Assembly (NCBI RefSeq): GCF_018350175.1
Contig: NC_058368.1
Span: 163,434,001-163,498,000, forward strand
Reading direction: 5' to 3'
Length of the DNA stretch: 64,000 bases
From: Felis catus
Lineage: Eukaryota
Under the pieces are notes generated by a model that saw only the letters and a list, made by a program, of their open reading frames with translations, did not search any database and had not been told where the DNA came from. The position numbers and the translations under genes are program-made. The first letter of the stretch is position 1; every line of letters starts with the position of its first letter. Positions 50,616-63,700 of this stretch are shown piece after piece.

Positions 50616-52938
50616 AAAATAATGAAGACCATTTCATAAATTGTGAAGGGCAATCAGCAGACAGATATCTATTACAACTTCCAACCAAAACAAAATAAAA
50701 CTACTCAAAATGTATGTTGGATATGATAAGGAGTCAGTAACATTTTTCCTTTCAAAGGGGACATTATGATCACAAAAAGATAGTATGGAATGTCATAAAA
50801 CTTCTTGTTAAAATAATTAGTCTTGAAAAGGTACCTGACATTGAACTACTAAACAAAATGACATAGGGTTGCTTAAAATAGCAATGAGAAATATTGTAGA
50901 CCTAGTACTGAATGTGTTGCCTCATGTTCTAGATAAGAATGGATAAGAAGTTGGCAACAGAAGCTTATCTGCTTTGGACAGTGAGTCTTTAAAACAGCTA
51001 CGAGATCTCATGGCCGGTAAGAGTAGCAATGATAAGTGCAGACAGACAGTGCACAGCAATGATAAGTGCAGAGGCTATACCTCTTTCAAATTTATGTCAA
51101 ATGAAAGAACAGGATTTAAGTCATTCAAAGACATTTAGTTTGCTTCACATTCAGTTCAAGGACTCTTTAAAATCAGCTTTTGAATTAAAGATTTTCAAGA
51201 AAATGTGTGATATTGAAGAAAAAGATGGCAGAAATCACATTTATTTTGAATCTAAGAAAAAAATGAAAAGAAAAGAAAAAAGAAAAGAAAAGAAAAAGAA
51301 ACACAAAATAAGAAACAAAGAGTAATCAAGAACCAGATTCCAGGATGGCCAGACCACACGTCCTTTGATTAACAAGAAAAAACAATTTTACCCATTTATC
51401 TCAGGTTTCTTATATGTACACTAGTACTAAAATTGTAATTTCTTTTATATTACTGGAAGAAATATCAGCAGAGAATTCGAGCATGAGGCAAAAATTAGAC
51501 TGCCCCTGTTTAGAAGCTGTTCTCCTCAATTGGATTCTGAAATATGCAGGAGTAGCAAAATGTTTGGCCTCCTTTCTGAGAAAGTCTTTGGTAACAGCAA
51601 ACTGTAAAATGTTGAAACAGATCCTGATATAGCAACATTTTCAATGTAAATTTTGTATTAATTAAGGAAGGTTTACACATTAGAAGGGAGCAAGTCCTGA
51701 ATGCTGAGACTAGGGAGAAAATCATGCTAGAGAAAAAAGGACAACATGTACCTGTATAATCAGTTTTTTTCCTACTTAATTTGCATAAGACAAATCATGA
51801 AGGGAACTCAGTACTGAGAAGAGGTACAAGGAATGAAAGCACCGACCTTCCAAGAAAGAGAATGAGTACTGTGAGATTTCAGAATTAGAACAGTCCAAGG
51901 TAAGTTTACTAACAGAGCAATTAGGCTGTCATAAGCAGAAGGAAAGGTGCTAAGAATTTTAAACATGAGAGTTGTAACCCAGATCAGAAGCAAAGCTGAA
52001 CTATTCTTGAGCAGCCTCCAAGGGCATTTTTATCCTAAAAAACTAGGGTAAACATAAATAGTCTATTATTGCTCTTATAATATTCACTTAAGCCTGGTAC
52101 TGTATTATCTTCGTTATTCATATTCTAATAATACTGCTTTACAGAAAAAGCAAAATTAACTGGATGAGGTACCAATTCACTCCCTGTCAGTTATCCACCC
52201 GAGAGAATCTCTAGGGCGCAGTTAAAATAGGCTGGAGAAAGTGGGATTTAATCTGAAAGCCATGGCAAAATGTCACTTATCTCTTAATCTCTGAACGGAA
52301 GAGTTAAAGAAATCAGGATATCATCCTGACTGTTCAAAACCACATTTGGGGGCAAGTATAACCTTGCTGTCAAAAGGCTATCACCTCTTCTGACAGCACC
52401 TTAAAGCATTCTGACTACACCCTACTCTGCACCCTCCTTGCATCCATCATGACCTGACTATGGTGCAACATTACAAATTAATCACTTTTTTTTTAAAGTC
52501 CCCTAGTGTATTTATCTCACAGAATTCTGGTTAGTATGGTTGGTTCTGGCATTATTTATCTTAGTTGATATTTTCTGATACTAAACGAGGCACAAAGTGA
52601 CAAGTAAAATATTGTGAAAGTAAAAATAGAAAAGGTATTAATTCTTCCTTCTGTGAAATAGGTCCAGCATCTCCTATGTGAACTGTGGGGCAAATGTGTG
52701 AAAAGTAAACTAGAAATCAAAATAAAATTTCTTCCAAGCCTGACAGTTTCAGAAGAGACATTCTAATAAAACAGAATACCTGGTATCTAAAACTATACCG
52801 CATTTTATAAAAATGAGAAGGGGAAAGAAAACCTAACTAAGAGAAGGAGTTTAGGCCAGGGTCGGGGGATTCTTATATTATTTTTAACTTCTCTCCTCAT
52901 TCAAAGAGTAAAAATTCAGATAAATGACAGATGTTTAC

Positions 52939-53224
52939 CTTGTTCACTGGACTCTCTTACATAGGGCTTAAGGTGGGACATTTTGATAGGTCTTTTAAGT
53001 CTAGTCCCAGTGTTGTCTCTCAGAACAGCACATCCACTTTCGGTAATATAGTCTATGACACAAGGACCAACCCATTCAGACTGGAAACGACCATCCTTCC
53101 ACCAGTTCTTCCTTTGTCGTAAAACTTCATGACCTACTTTTAGATGAAATGGATTTAACTGCTTTGGTTTCTTTTTAACAATGACTTTGCTTTTATTCAG
53201 TTCCTCAAAACTGTTGTTCTCCAC
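52939..53224 (-). CDS. GIN1: GIN1 coding exon (GPY/F-like module, WVGPCVI)
   Basis: ttgtag / gtaaac; 286 nt; LKVGHEVL...WVGPCVIDYIT...MSHLKPY. Confidence 0.95.
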
Positions 53225-53544
53225 CTACAATAGCAAAATAAAAAAGAGAACAAAGGAATGAAAGAGCTATAGTATCTTGAAGGTAAATGCAGATAATAAC
53301 AAAATGGTTATTTTACTGAGATACTACTACAAAGTGAGTATGAATCCCATTTGAATCTTAAAATATTTCAAAACCAGTATCATTATTACCCCAACTTCAC
53401 AAAGAAGTTAAACTGAGATTGGTTAAGCAACTGGCCCAAATCAAACAACTGGAAAGCAACAAGACCAGAAATCTGAGTTCAGCTCTACTTGATACCAAAA
53501 TACAAGGTTCTCCCATTATTGTCTCTCAGGATTTTTAAAAAAAA

Positions 53545-53750
53545 TTTTTTTCACGTTTATTCATTTTTGAAAGACAGAGACAGATCACAAGCAGGGGTGG
53601 GGCGGAGAGACGGGGACATAGAATCTGAAGCAAGCTCCAGGCTCTGAGTTGTCAGTACAGAGCCCGACGCGGGGCTCAAACTCACAAATGGTGAGATCAT
53701 GACCTGAGCCAAAGCTGGACACTCAGCCGACTGAGACACCCAGGCGCCCC
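53545..53750 (-). mobile_element. CAN-SINE
   Basis: Full reverse body; gtctctca.gatttt duplication. Confidence 0.92.
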
Positions 53751-53951
53751 GGTCTCTCAAGATTTTACAGCTAATAAGCATACTGTTTTATCAAGACAAA
53801 CAGAATTTAACAGAAAAAAATTTGGCTTAGTATATTATATATATGTTTATGGATGTGTGCGTACCTCCGTGTGTATGTATGTGTATGCCAAAATTTTTTA
53901 AATTGCCTTATGGATTTTTAGATTATAGGGTTTTCTATTAAATAGAATCAC

Positions 53952-54134
53952 CTGTCGTCCTGATGTTGTCTTATTCTCCATTTTTGATAATTTATCAGCT
54001 TCTTTAACTGCACCTAGAATTTTGGCAAACATACTTGTATCATCACCATCCTCTTCATGAAGAATATCTGAAGTCTCAGGCATATAAGGATTTCGATTAA
54101 ACATTTGAAAATATGGTGTATTTTTAGTAGGTTC
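53952..54134 (-). CDS. GIN1: GIN1 coding exon (EPTKNTPYFQMFNRNP...TTSGRQ)
   Basis: aaatag / gtgatt; 183 nt; TPY-x2-MF-x-R motif typical of Gypsy integrases; 102-nt intron upstream. Confidence 0.94.
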
Positions 54135-54236
54135 CTATTTTAACGAAAATAAACAACAATTTGTAATAAATTACATAGCAAAAAATAGTCATCACTCAAA
54201 AGTAAGGAATTATAGAAAGTATAAAAAGACACACAC

Positions 54237-54428
54237 CAAGTGAGTTACATTGAAGGCAAATGAAATGGCTGATAGGTGATCATCCCAGTTGTTTGGGTGG
54301 TCAGTACAGTGTTTACAAAGAAATGCTTTGATTGTGCTAGATGTACTTTCAGTTCGATTAACAGCTTGGGAGGCGTGAGAAATTACAATTTGCTTTGTGC
54401 CAAACAATCCACATAGTTCAACATTGAT
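54237..54428 (-). CDS. GIN1: GIN1 coding exon (integrase core, NRTEST...WDDHLSAISFAFNVTHL)
   Basis: ttttcag / gtgtgt; 192 nt, phase 0/0. Confidence 0.95.
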
Positions 54429-54472
54429 CTGAAAAATATATAAACAAAGTTGACTTTAAAATTTGTATTTTA

Positions 54473-55030
54473 TGCTGATTCAAAGGGCCACATGCACCCC
54501 AATGTTTATAGCAGCACTATCAACAATAGCCAAAATATGCAGAGCCCAAATGTCCATCAACTAATGAATGGATAAAGAAGATGTGGTATATATACATACA
54601 ATGGAATACTACTTGGCAATGAGAAAGAATGAAATCTTGCCATTTGCAACAACATGGATGGAACTGGAGAGTATCATGCTAAGCGAAGTCAGTCAGTCGA
54701 GGAAGGCAGATATCATAGGATTTCACTCGTGGAATATGAGACACTTAACAGATGAACATAGGGGAAAAGAAGGAAAAATAAGATAAAAACAGAGAGGGAA
54801 GCAAACCATAAGAGACTTTTAAATACAGAGACCAAACTGAGGGCTGATAGGGGTGGGAGGGTGAGGGAGTGGGTTAACTGGGTGACGAGCATCAAGGAGG
54901 GCCCTCTTCGGGATGAGCATTGGATGTCATATGTAAGAGATGAATTGCTGGGTCCTAGTCCTGAAACCTAGACTACATTGTATGTTACCTAACTTGAGAA
55001 TATAAAAATTAAAAAATTTAAAAAATAATA
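54473..55030 (+). mobile_element. 5'-truncated L1 (carnivore) in GIN1 intron
   Basis: L1 ORF2 C-terminus and 3' UTR (catgcaccccaatgtttatagcagcactatcaacaatagcc...); aaa.tttgtatttta flanks. Confidence 0.93.
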
Positions 55031-55148
55031 AAGTTTGTATTTTACTCTTCCACTGACTGAAAGGTTTCAAAAGAATTTGAATCTTGCCTTTTTCATTGAT
55101 CGTAGCCGTTCTATATAAAAGCATACATATTGTATTAAAAACAGCAAT

Positions 55149-55356
55149 GGGGGCGCCTGGGTGGCACAGTCGGTTAAGCGTCCGACTTCAGCCAGGTCAC
55201 GATCTCGCGGTCCGTGAGTTCGAGCCCCGCGTCAGGCTCTGGGCTGATGGCTCGGAGCCTGGAGCCTGTTTCCGATTCTGTGTCTCCCTCTCTCTCTGCC
55301 CCTCCCCCATTCATGCTCTGTCTCTCTCTGTCCCAAAAATAAATAAACGTTGAAAA
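55149..55356 (+). mobile_element. Young felid SINE (SINEC_Fc-like)
   Basis: Nearly identical to the copy at 28675; aaaaacagcaatg duplication; very short A tail. Confidence 0.95.
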
Positions 55357-57421
55357 ACAGCAATGACTATTTATTCATTATGTGGTCAGTACACTAAATG
55401 CTTTACATTAGCTTAGAACAATCATAAGTTATCATTAACTCCATTTTACAGATAAGAAGTTGAAGCTTTGGGAGGCTAAGTGCCTTGCTAAACATACACA
55501 TACAGCAAGGAAATCAAAGAAAAGAATTTAACACTAACCCTGAGTTCATGTAACATTTTAATTCAGCAAACAATTTCTCAAAAAAACACTAAGTCACATA
55601 ATCTGGTTAATAGCTATGTGACTTTGACAAGTAACCAAACTTCTGTGTACTCACTTTCCTCATCTGTAGAATGAGGAAAATCCTACCCAGGACTCTTGAG
55701 AATTATAGGAGTAGATGTTTGTAAAGCACCTACAACAGTTCTTGGCAACTAGTAAGTACTTTATAACTTGTAATGTTACTATTATTGTTGTGGTTATTTT
55801 ATTATCTGCAGGACCTAACAAAAGCCAAAATGAGTTTAGAAAACTTCTAACAGTAAGTCTATAAAATGTGAAACAACTTACTTTTCCTACCTTATGTCTC
55901 GGACTATATTTTATTATTCTTAACTGGGTAAATGTTTGATTAATAAACCTGTCTTTTGAAAAATTATATCCTTGTTGCTTAATTGTAAGAAGATAAGTAT
56001 CATAGTAACTAAAAAGGTAAAGCTAATAAATTAGGAAAAAAAACCCAACAAAAACAAAATCACATTTCCCAAGCTGCTGTGCAGGTAGGGGTAGTCATGT
56101 GATATAGTTCTGGCCCAAAGAGCTGTAAATGGAAGTTGCTGGGCAGACTCAGATGGTACTAGCTTTTTTTGTCTGTTGTCCTACCCATTTCTTCTGTCTG
56201 AAATACAGACTTTGTGGCAAGGGCTCTGGCAGCCATGTCATGAACATAAGATTGAGAGTCACATCTCAAAGATGATGGAACATAATTCTAGAAGCATGGG
56301 TCCCCAATGACATTCAGAGTTACCCTTCCAACCTTGGACAGCCGAGAGAAGAGAGGGGTACTCTCTTGTACCTTACTTGGGGTAAGGATATCAGGATAGC
56401 CCCTTATTCTCTTACTTGTAGCTAATAGAGTTCCTAGCTAATATATGTACTAATTTAGGCTGCTTCCTTTTAATTCAAAAGTAATTTAGAAGAAATCCTA
56501 GAGGGGCACCTACATGGCTCAGTGGGTACAGCATGCGACTCTTGATCTCAGGGTTTTAAGTCTGAGCCCCACATTGGGTGGGGAGGAAGGAGAGAGGGAG
56601 AAAGAGACAGAGAAAGAGAGAAATCCCAGAGAATTGGTATCATTGGGTTAGCCTCAATCTGAGGTTATAATCAATGGCTTTAAATGACTGACCTCTGGAA
56701 AAGGGTCAGACAACTTTGTTTCAATAAGTTGTCTAGGAATGATCCAGTGAATTCATTTGTGGGATGCTATCCTGATATCCTTACCCCAAGAGCCTTTTTT
56801 CTTCCGTCAACAAGACATTCTATTAATGGTTATAATTTTGGTTTTCCTTAAGACCTATCTTTAAAATCAAAGAAGCAGATTTTCCTTTGACAATGTTTAT
56901 TGTCTTTCCTTCAGAGACTTACAAAAAGTTCGTGCATTTTATTAAAACATCTGTATTTTCATCCAACTGTGTAATACACACACACACATTGTATTCATCC
57001 ACACTGTAATATTCTAATATTATTTCAACACTTTAGCAGTGTTTTCTATGTATTTTCTGGAAAAGAAAACATTACATTTTGTCACCATTATGTTCTCTCA
57101 GTAATATTTAAACCACTGAAATCACAGCAAAAAGAACAAATTTTCTCAATCTTCTGTGAGTTTTAGTTTTTTGCTATTAAACCTCACAAAAGAGGCTTAT
57201 AAACATTTATTGATACCTTTGGTAAAATTTCCAAACTCCTGGATTATCACATGACTTTAAACATAACTGGAAAAACTGGTGATTCATAATAGCTTCATAG
57301 TGTTATTATTATTATCTCTAAGCACTATATGCACTTAGGGTGAGGCTTTTCATTAGTTACTTTTCATTACTTACTGAAAGGTAAGTAAAATATGCTCTTA
57401 GATATAAGTTATTTATCTTAC

Positions 57422-57727
57422 CTCATGAATGAACTCCTCTCTTTGGTCCATTATTATTTTCTGTGGTGGTCCATATAAGAAAAATATATTGATAATAGCT
57501 TTAGAAACTTCTGATGGTGAAACATCACAGAGAGGCAAAATCACAACCCATTTTGTGAACAAATCTGCCATGATTATAGCATACACGTGACTTCTGATGC
57601 TTGTATGAAATGGGCCCATCAGATCAACAGTAACTATACTCCATGGATTCTCCACCTTGAGAAAGTGCTGTTTAGGTGCTAGAATAACTGTATTTTTTGC
57701 CACTTGGCAATGCTGACAAGCATATAC
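57422..57727 (-). CDS. GIN1: GIN1 coding exon (CQHC and first two catalytic Asp of the rve core)
   Basis: ttatag / gtaaga; 306 nt; PWSIVTVDLMGP...DLFTKW...YGPPQKIIMDQREEF. Confidence 0.96.
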
Positions 57728-59309
57728 CTATAAATTAGGCACACAGTAAAAAAAAAAAAAAAAAAAAAAAGAAATGCAATACAGATGTTAATATAGTCAA
57801 CATAATACCAGTCTTATAAATCTGAACTTTAAAATGGCTAACTGGTACTTTGTGTTTTGAAAGAGAAACTTTTGGACTATTCTCAGAATAGAATAAAACC
57901 TTCTATTTAGAATAATAAGCAAAATATTACTTGTTATTACAATCCAAGGACTACCTTAACAGGTCTTACTCACATGGAACAATAGTTTATATTCAATAAA
58001 TATTTATTAAATGAATAAATCTTCAAACAAATTTCTTATATCAAATTTGTTAAAATTTGAAGTCAGTAGCTGAATATACAATAATTTCTATAAGTTATCA
58101 TTCTAATAAATGTAGTCATTAATCTATTCCAACAATATTTATTAAAACATAATTTTATTCAAACAATACTTACAGATGCCAGAAATCCCTCCAGGTCTCA
58201 AGAAAATAGAAAGACCAAAAGCAAAGCCCATGCTGTCATGGAGGTTTTTATGTAAGTGGGATGAGAATTGATTAACATATGGATCCTGCCACTGCTCAAC
58301 GTATTTCTAGGATTCCACTTAGGAAACTTCTTTTAAACCAACTTGTGAACAAAATTTTATAAGCTGTCTTTGCATTACAGTTACTTTTAATCAAAAGTCT
58401 TATCTTCCAACTTATATACTAGTTTTCATAATAACCTCTGATTATTTCCAAAAATCCTATCCATTCTCAAATGATAAAGATTTGGCAAATATTTCACTGA
58501 ATAAAGTAATGTGTGGCAGGTTATAAAGGCAAATACAATTACCGAGGTCTTAGAATATATGCATAGACTACAAACTGATAACTCATAAATGATTTTTAGT
58601 TAGATGTTGGTTTAATTTTTTATACCTGAAATGACAATGTTTTCGATGTACTATTATAATTATTAAAGGGATCTCATATACATACCAAGGAATTCCTACC
58701 ATTCATCATATAAAGTACACTAGAAACAGTAGGAATCAGATGACCTACCAGTAAGAATACCACAATTCCTAGATGAATTTCCTATAAGAAGAAGTTGAAG
58801 GTTTAATAGGTCATAAAATTACAAAACTCAGACGAATTTCATTATTTTGCAACTTGATTTTACCTTTAGTTGATTTGGGGTATCTACCATATTTGATATT
58901 TTCTATATCAAGATGAAATATGCACAAAAGATGAGAGCATAAAATGGATCTGACTTATGAACATAGTCTCCTCTCAAGAAAAGATCACATGATTGCCATC
59001 AGAGAGGTAATAATTTAGTCAAAAGAATTTCAGCCCCATTTGAATTCTGCCTATACAAGAGTTGAATGATGAAAACCTGGTTCTAAATCTATTTAAGTAT
59101 GCTATTTTTCAAATGTTTAAATAATGTTTTAGTTCAAATTATACTTTAGTGATTTTAAAGGAGAATTTTTATGGGAAGTAAAACTCCTTTTAAATGTTTT
59201 TGTACAAAAACTACCATACAAAAAGTGCTTAATAAGAGGGAATATCTAGAATAAATCTGGAGGAATAAAGAATTTTGGATATCTACTACAAAGACATTAT
59301 TTAAAATAT

Positions 59310-59478
59310 TCTCGTGCGTGCACAAGTGGGAAAGGGACAGAGAGAGAAGGAGAGAATCTTAGGCAGGCTCCACGCCAGTGAGGAGCCTACTGTGGGGCTC
59401 GATCTCACAACTGTGATATCATGACCTGACCCAAAATCAAGAATCAGACACTTACCGACTGAGCCACCCAGGTACCCC
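59310..59478 (-). mobile_element. CAN-SINE (partial)
   Basis: Ends gactgagccacccaggtacccc. Confidence 0.85.
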
Positions 59479-59506
59479 TAAGAAATTCTTAATACATAAG
59501 CCATAC

Positions 59507-59700
59507 CCACTGTTTGACATCATTGGTCACAGAAGTCCAATAATAACTGGATTCCACTAGAGTAAGGGTCCTGGATATGCCATGATGAGCTCCAGTGTCA
59601 TTTTCATGGCATTCTCTTAGGACTTTCTTTTTTTCTTCTTCTGAAACAATCACCAAACGATTTTGTTTTCTGTCTTTTCCAACATAAAACAGCTTTTTTT
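59507..59700 (-). CDS. GIN1: GIN1 coding exon (His half of the integrase HHCC zinc finger)
   Basis: ttctag / gtatgg; 194 nt; ECHENDTGAHHGISRT...YYW. Confidence 0.95.
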
Positions 59701-61279
59701 CTAGAATAAATAATGCCAAAAAGATATAATTGCAATTTTTAGAGACCAATATAGTTTTAAAATAATCACAGCCTTATCTTCAAGCCGTTATGTTTTTTTT
59801 TACTCTTTTTTCCCTCTAGATAGCATATTTATTTGTAATGAATACATGCAGTCTGAAAGGTTTTCAGCTGCTAAACTTACTAGATACACAGAAGGAGCAC
59901 CAGTTGCTGTTATTTTGTAACTATACCAGTGCAGCTAGCTTGCTCACCAAAACATGTAATAACCACAGAAGTATAAAATTATCTTTCCATGGGAGTACTC
60001 AAACTGGAAAATATTTGCAGGCACCTCCTAAAAATGGCATGAATTAGCAGATAAATTACGTACAGATAAGCAACTTCTAGAGTGGTATTTCACCATAACT
60101 ACATTTTTTTAAGCAACTATCTATGTTACATTTTTCTAGATTTGGACAGGAAGTGTGGTTTGTAAAGCAGGAGAGTGGGAGAACCTTTATCTTTAAGATA
60201 GTTCTCTGTTTTCCTTTGTAGGGCACCTGAGAAGAATCTACAGCTGGAAAACAATCAACATAGGGTGAGAATCAGTACCTCTCCAGTGTGGACTCAAACT
60301 CCAAAATACAGCATCAAGTTACTAATGTGCTTAATTAACTATATGCTGAGTGGAACATTCCTTACTTGAATTAGAAGGTAAGCAACTTAAGAGCAGGAAC
60401 CTCATCTAATTTATTCATCAATGTATTATCCTCAACCTAACATGTGATTGGCACACAGTAGGAACTTGGTAAACATTTGTTGCATAAATGATTAAATAAA
60501 TAAATGAATGAATCCTAACTTTACCAAAAAGCAAAACATGTCCTTACTAAGTATAGAGGAATTATAGGAAGGGTTATACACAGAGAGATAAGAGGAGGTG
60601 TTTATTTATTATTTTATAGTCTTCATGACCCGCTTTTAAGGAAGCCTGATTTTCTACCTATAGACCAAACTCCCATTAATAGCACCAACATTCATTCATT
60701 TATCTGGTGACTACCAGCTTATTTCAACTCAAAACTTCTCTTCCCTGTGAGGAGGAGAAAGAGAAAAATTATCATAATCTTTCAACATAAAGATACTACT
60801 GCCTTTCAAATATTCATTCCATTCAGGGGGATTAGGTGTCCATAAATGAATGTGATCCTAAGAATATCTGATGGCAGGGGGAGACCACAGGAATAAATAT
60901 AGCAAGAAAAGTTAACGTCAACACTTTCATATTAGCATCAATTAAGCTCTTCATTGATAGTGACATAAGTGGTAGAAAGTGTCATTAAAGTTGGAACCAC
61001 CTGAGAACAAAAGCAGGCAAGGTTAATTTAGGTGAGTGTTTAATTTTTCATGGTATCATTTTCGGTCTATGATTTAAAATGGCCTTTTCATGCTTACTAG
61101 CATTCAGTTAGCTTCAGTGTCATTCTTATTTTGCTTTTGAGTGAGTGGCATCATCAATTACACTGGTAACTGTTAAGCAACAACCAGTTACTGCAGAAAT
61201 TCTCAGGACTCCACAGAGAACACACATGGAAAAGCATCTATATTAACTTTTTACTTAAGATGTGGGGCATTAATGTTAC

Positions 61280-61418
61280 CTCTGAAGATAAATTTTTTTG
61301 CTGCTCTTCTTATGCCACTCCTCTCACTTGGTAGCGTAGTTGGATGATATTCACCAGTTCGTTTATAATACGCAATCTGCTTAAGATGAAGGTCACCATT
61401 TTTTCCACTACGGACCAT
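61280..61418 (-). CDS. GIN1: GIN1 first coding exon (MVRSGKNGDLHLKQIAYYKRTGEY...KKFIFR)
   Basis: Exon starts at 61425 after acceptor; ATG 61418 in strong context; gtaaca donor; matches GIN1 N-terminus as recalled. Confidence 0.95.
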
Positions 61419-63149
61419 CATGAACCTAGGTAAAAGATATTTAAAGATATAACTTAAATGATAAGCTTGTGCAGTTGCTATTTCAGTGCAGGCTTCTGTC
61501 ATATTTCTGCTTACATATGAATTGAACATTCCCGGGATATTATCTGTGACGGAGATAATTATAGTACAGAAAAGGAACTGTGTGACGTATATGAACTAAA
61601 ATATTCAAAGCTATTTTTGAGATACATCATGACACATTATCTTGTCTCTTTCCATTTGAGAAGAAACGCTGAAAATTTTCCACATAATGGGAAAAAAGAA
61701 AATAAACAAGTACACTTCTAAAAGTTTTGCTTCAAGTCTCTCACTACCATCAATTGAAATGTTACTTATTTAAGATGGTTGTTATGTGACATTTAAATAC
61801 ATGATAGGTTATAAAAGGCAGAAATAGTTTTATATTACTCCTAAATATATTTATGGTCATTGGGAAATGCAAAAACAAAGCCTATCCAAATAATTTATGA
61901 GATTTTGGAAATGTTCAAATGATAAATGAAAAAGAAGATATTTAGCTATGCTAGATCTCATATGCTCTTCTGAACTGCATCTAAGCTGCTTTTTCTTGAA
62001 GAGAAATGATTTTTGGCCCTGTACATACTTCATGTTATAAAGAAAACTCTGGGTGCCCTGGCAAAATTAAAACAAAATAAAATGTGTCTATTTTAGATCA
62101 TAAATTGTATGGGAAATCACTAAATTTAAAAGAAAAAAAAGACCTTGTCTTTCATTTTTTCAGCTAAAAGGAATTATTCTGTGCAGAGTATTGGGTTTGC
62201 CACCACTCTCAACAATCCAGATCAATTTTTGGCCTTTCTTTCCCTGCTACTGTGCCCTAAGAGACTGACCCTTACAGACTACATTTATAGTTTTCTGATC
62301 AGACTTGTCCAATGGGAGGTACCAGCAGGCAAATCAGAATGGAGAAGTCAGGATATTCGTTTCACAGGTCCTTCCTTGGTTTAGGCTGCAACCTTCTATA
62401 ACTATACCTTCTGTTGAGTAGCCCATCCTCCATGTCTCTAGTTCTCATTAGAAGTCTATAACATCATTTCTTCTTGCTAATTCAGGGGTACTATGCCATC
62501 CTTATTTCCTGCTGTTACTAATCTCCAGGTTCCATGTTGATTTCCCGCACCCTGTTCTTATGTCTTTATAGAGGAGCTTCATTAAATTTTCTTCAAATTC
62601 CCAGCCAAATGTATCTTCTATTTCCTACCAGGGCTCTGATACAAATACATAAAGTTTTGATTTCTAAAAATAATACGGATGTTTACTGACCACTAGAAGA
62701 TCTAGGGAGGAGGCTACAAGAGAATGCTACTGCAGAGAGAATGTTAGAACAAAAAAGAATAGAGTGTGCCTAGGAACCCATGGCTTAAATAGCCTATTAA
62801 GTGTCTTCCCCTATGATATATCACTTTCCACATTCAATAACTATGTTTCTGATCTTTTCATAACTTCCAGTGAAAATATCAGTACATTTATAACATCTTT
62901 TAATCTTGGGTTAGCATGAACTATAAGCCATTTTTAAAGGCAAAGTTTCTGCAAAGCTAATTCTGTCCTCTCATAACCTAAAAAACAAGTTAATTATCTC
63001 TGTAATGTATTATAAAACAGTTTGTTCTAAGTTTATTCACTTTCAACTAAATATTAAGTATATGCATTTTTCATTTTATAACAGATAGCTATATCCCAAA
63101 ATCAAACAAATGTAACTTATTACAGTTTCTAAAAAATATCAAAAATGAA

Positions 63150-63700
63150 TGGATCAGGTTTTAAGACTTACTAATAAGGATGGACAAATACGTCACTGCA
63201 ACAGAACAAGGAGTCCAGAATTAGATCCACATGTATACAATCAATGTACAACAAAGGCATAAATAAATACAAAGCGGGGAAGAGAAAGTCTTTTCAATAA
63301 ATGATGCTGGAAATATCTGCTATATGTACGGGGGGGGAATGAATCTTAACTACTTACATCTTCCACAAACTTAATTCCAGATAAGTCACAAACCTAAATA
63401 TGAAAGGTAAGTTATAAAGTTTCTGGAAGAAAATATAGGAAGATCTTCAAAACCTTGGGATATGTAAAGACTGCTTAAACAGGACACAAAAATCACTATT
63501 CTTAAAAGAAAAAAATTATAACAAATTGCACTTCATCAAAATCAAAGCCTGTTCAAGAGGAAAGGAAAGTTAATCCACAGACTGGGGGAAGATATTTTTA
63601 ATATATATATCTAACAAAGGACTCATACTCAGCATATATAAAGAACTTTAAGACCTAAAAACTGAGAAACCACTTGAAAAATACATATAAGCAGAATAAA
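63150..63700 (+). mobile_element. Old L1 ORF2 fragment
   Basis: aaagtcttttcaataaatgatgctggaa...agaagaaaatataggaaga.cttca..accttggg...acttcatcaaaat. Confidence 0.75.

Noticed and set aside
51025..51072. 18-bp direct repeat agcaatgataagtgcaga (two copies); similar short duplications at 23907-23980, 24710-24730 and 28226-28263
   Set aside because: Only two or three copies with no regular spacer structure; ordinary slippage duplications, not CRISPR-like arrays.
54568..54786. ORF MDKEDVVYIHTMEYYLAMRKNEILPFATTWMELE
   Set aside because: C-terminal end of L1 ORF2 in a truncated L1 copy.
55084..55353. ORFs such as MGAPGWHSRLSVRLQPGHDL and similar ones at 3220, 29601, 30049, 31911, 44010, 46431 and 53557
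   Set aside because: They are translations of CAN-SINE sequence, not genes.
46076..61418. GIN1 as an active or endogenous retroelement
   Set aside because: It has six spliceosomal introns within the CDS and no LTRs, TIRs, gag, protease or RT nearby; it is a host gene.
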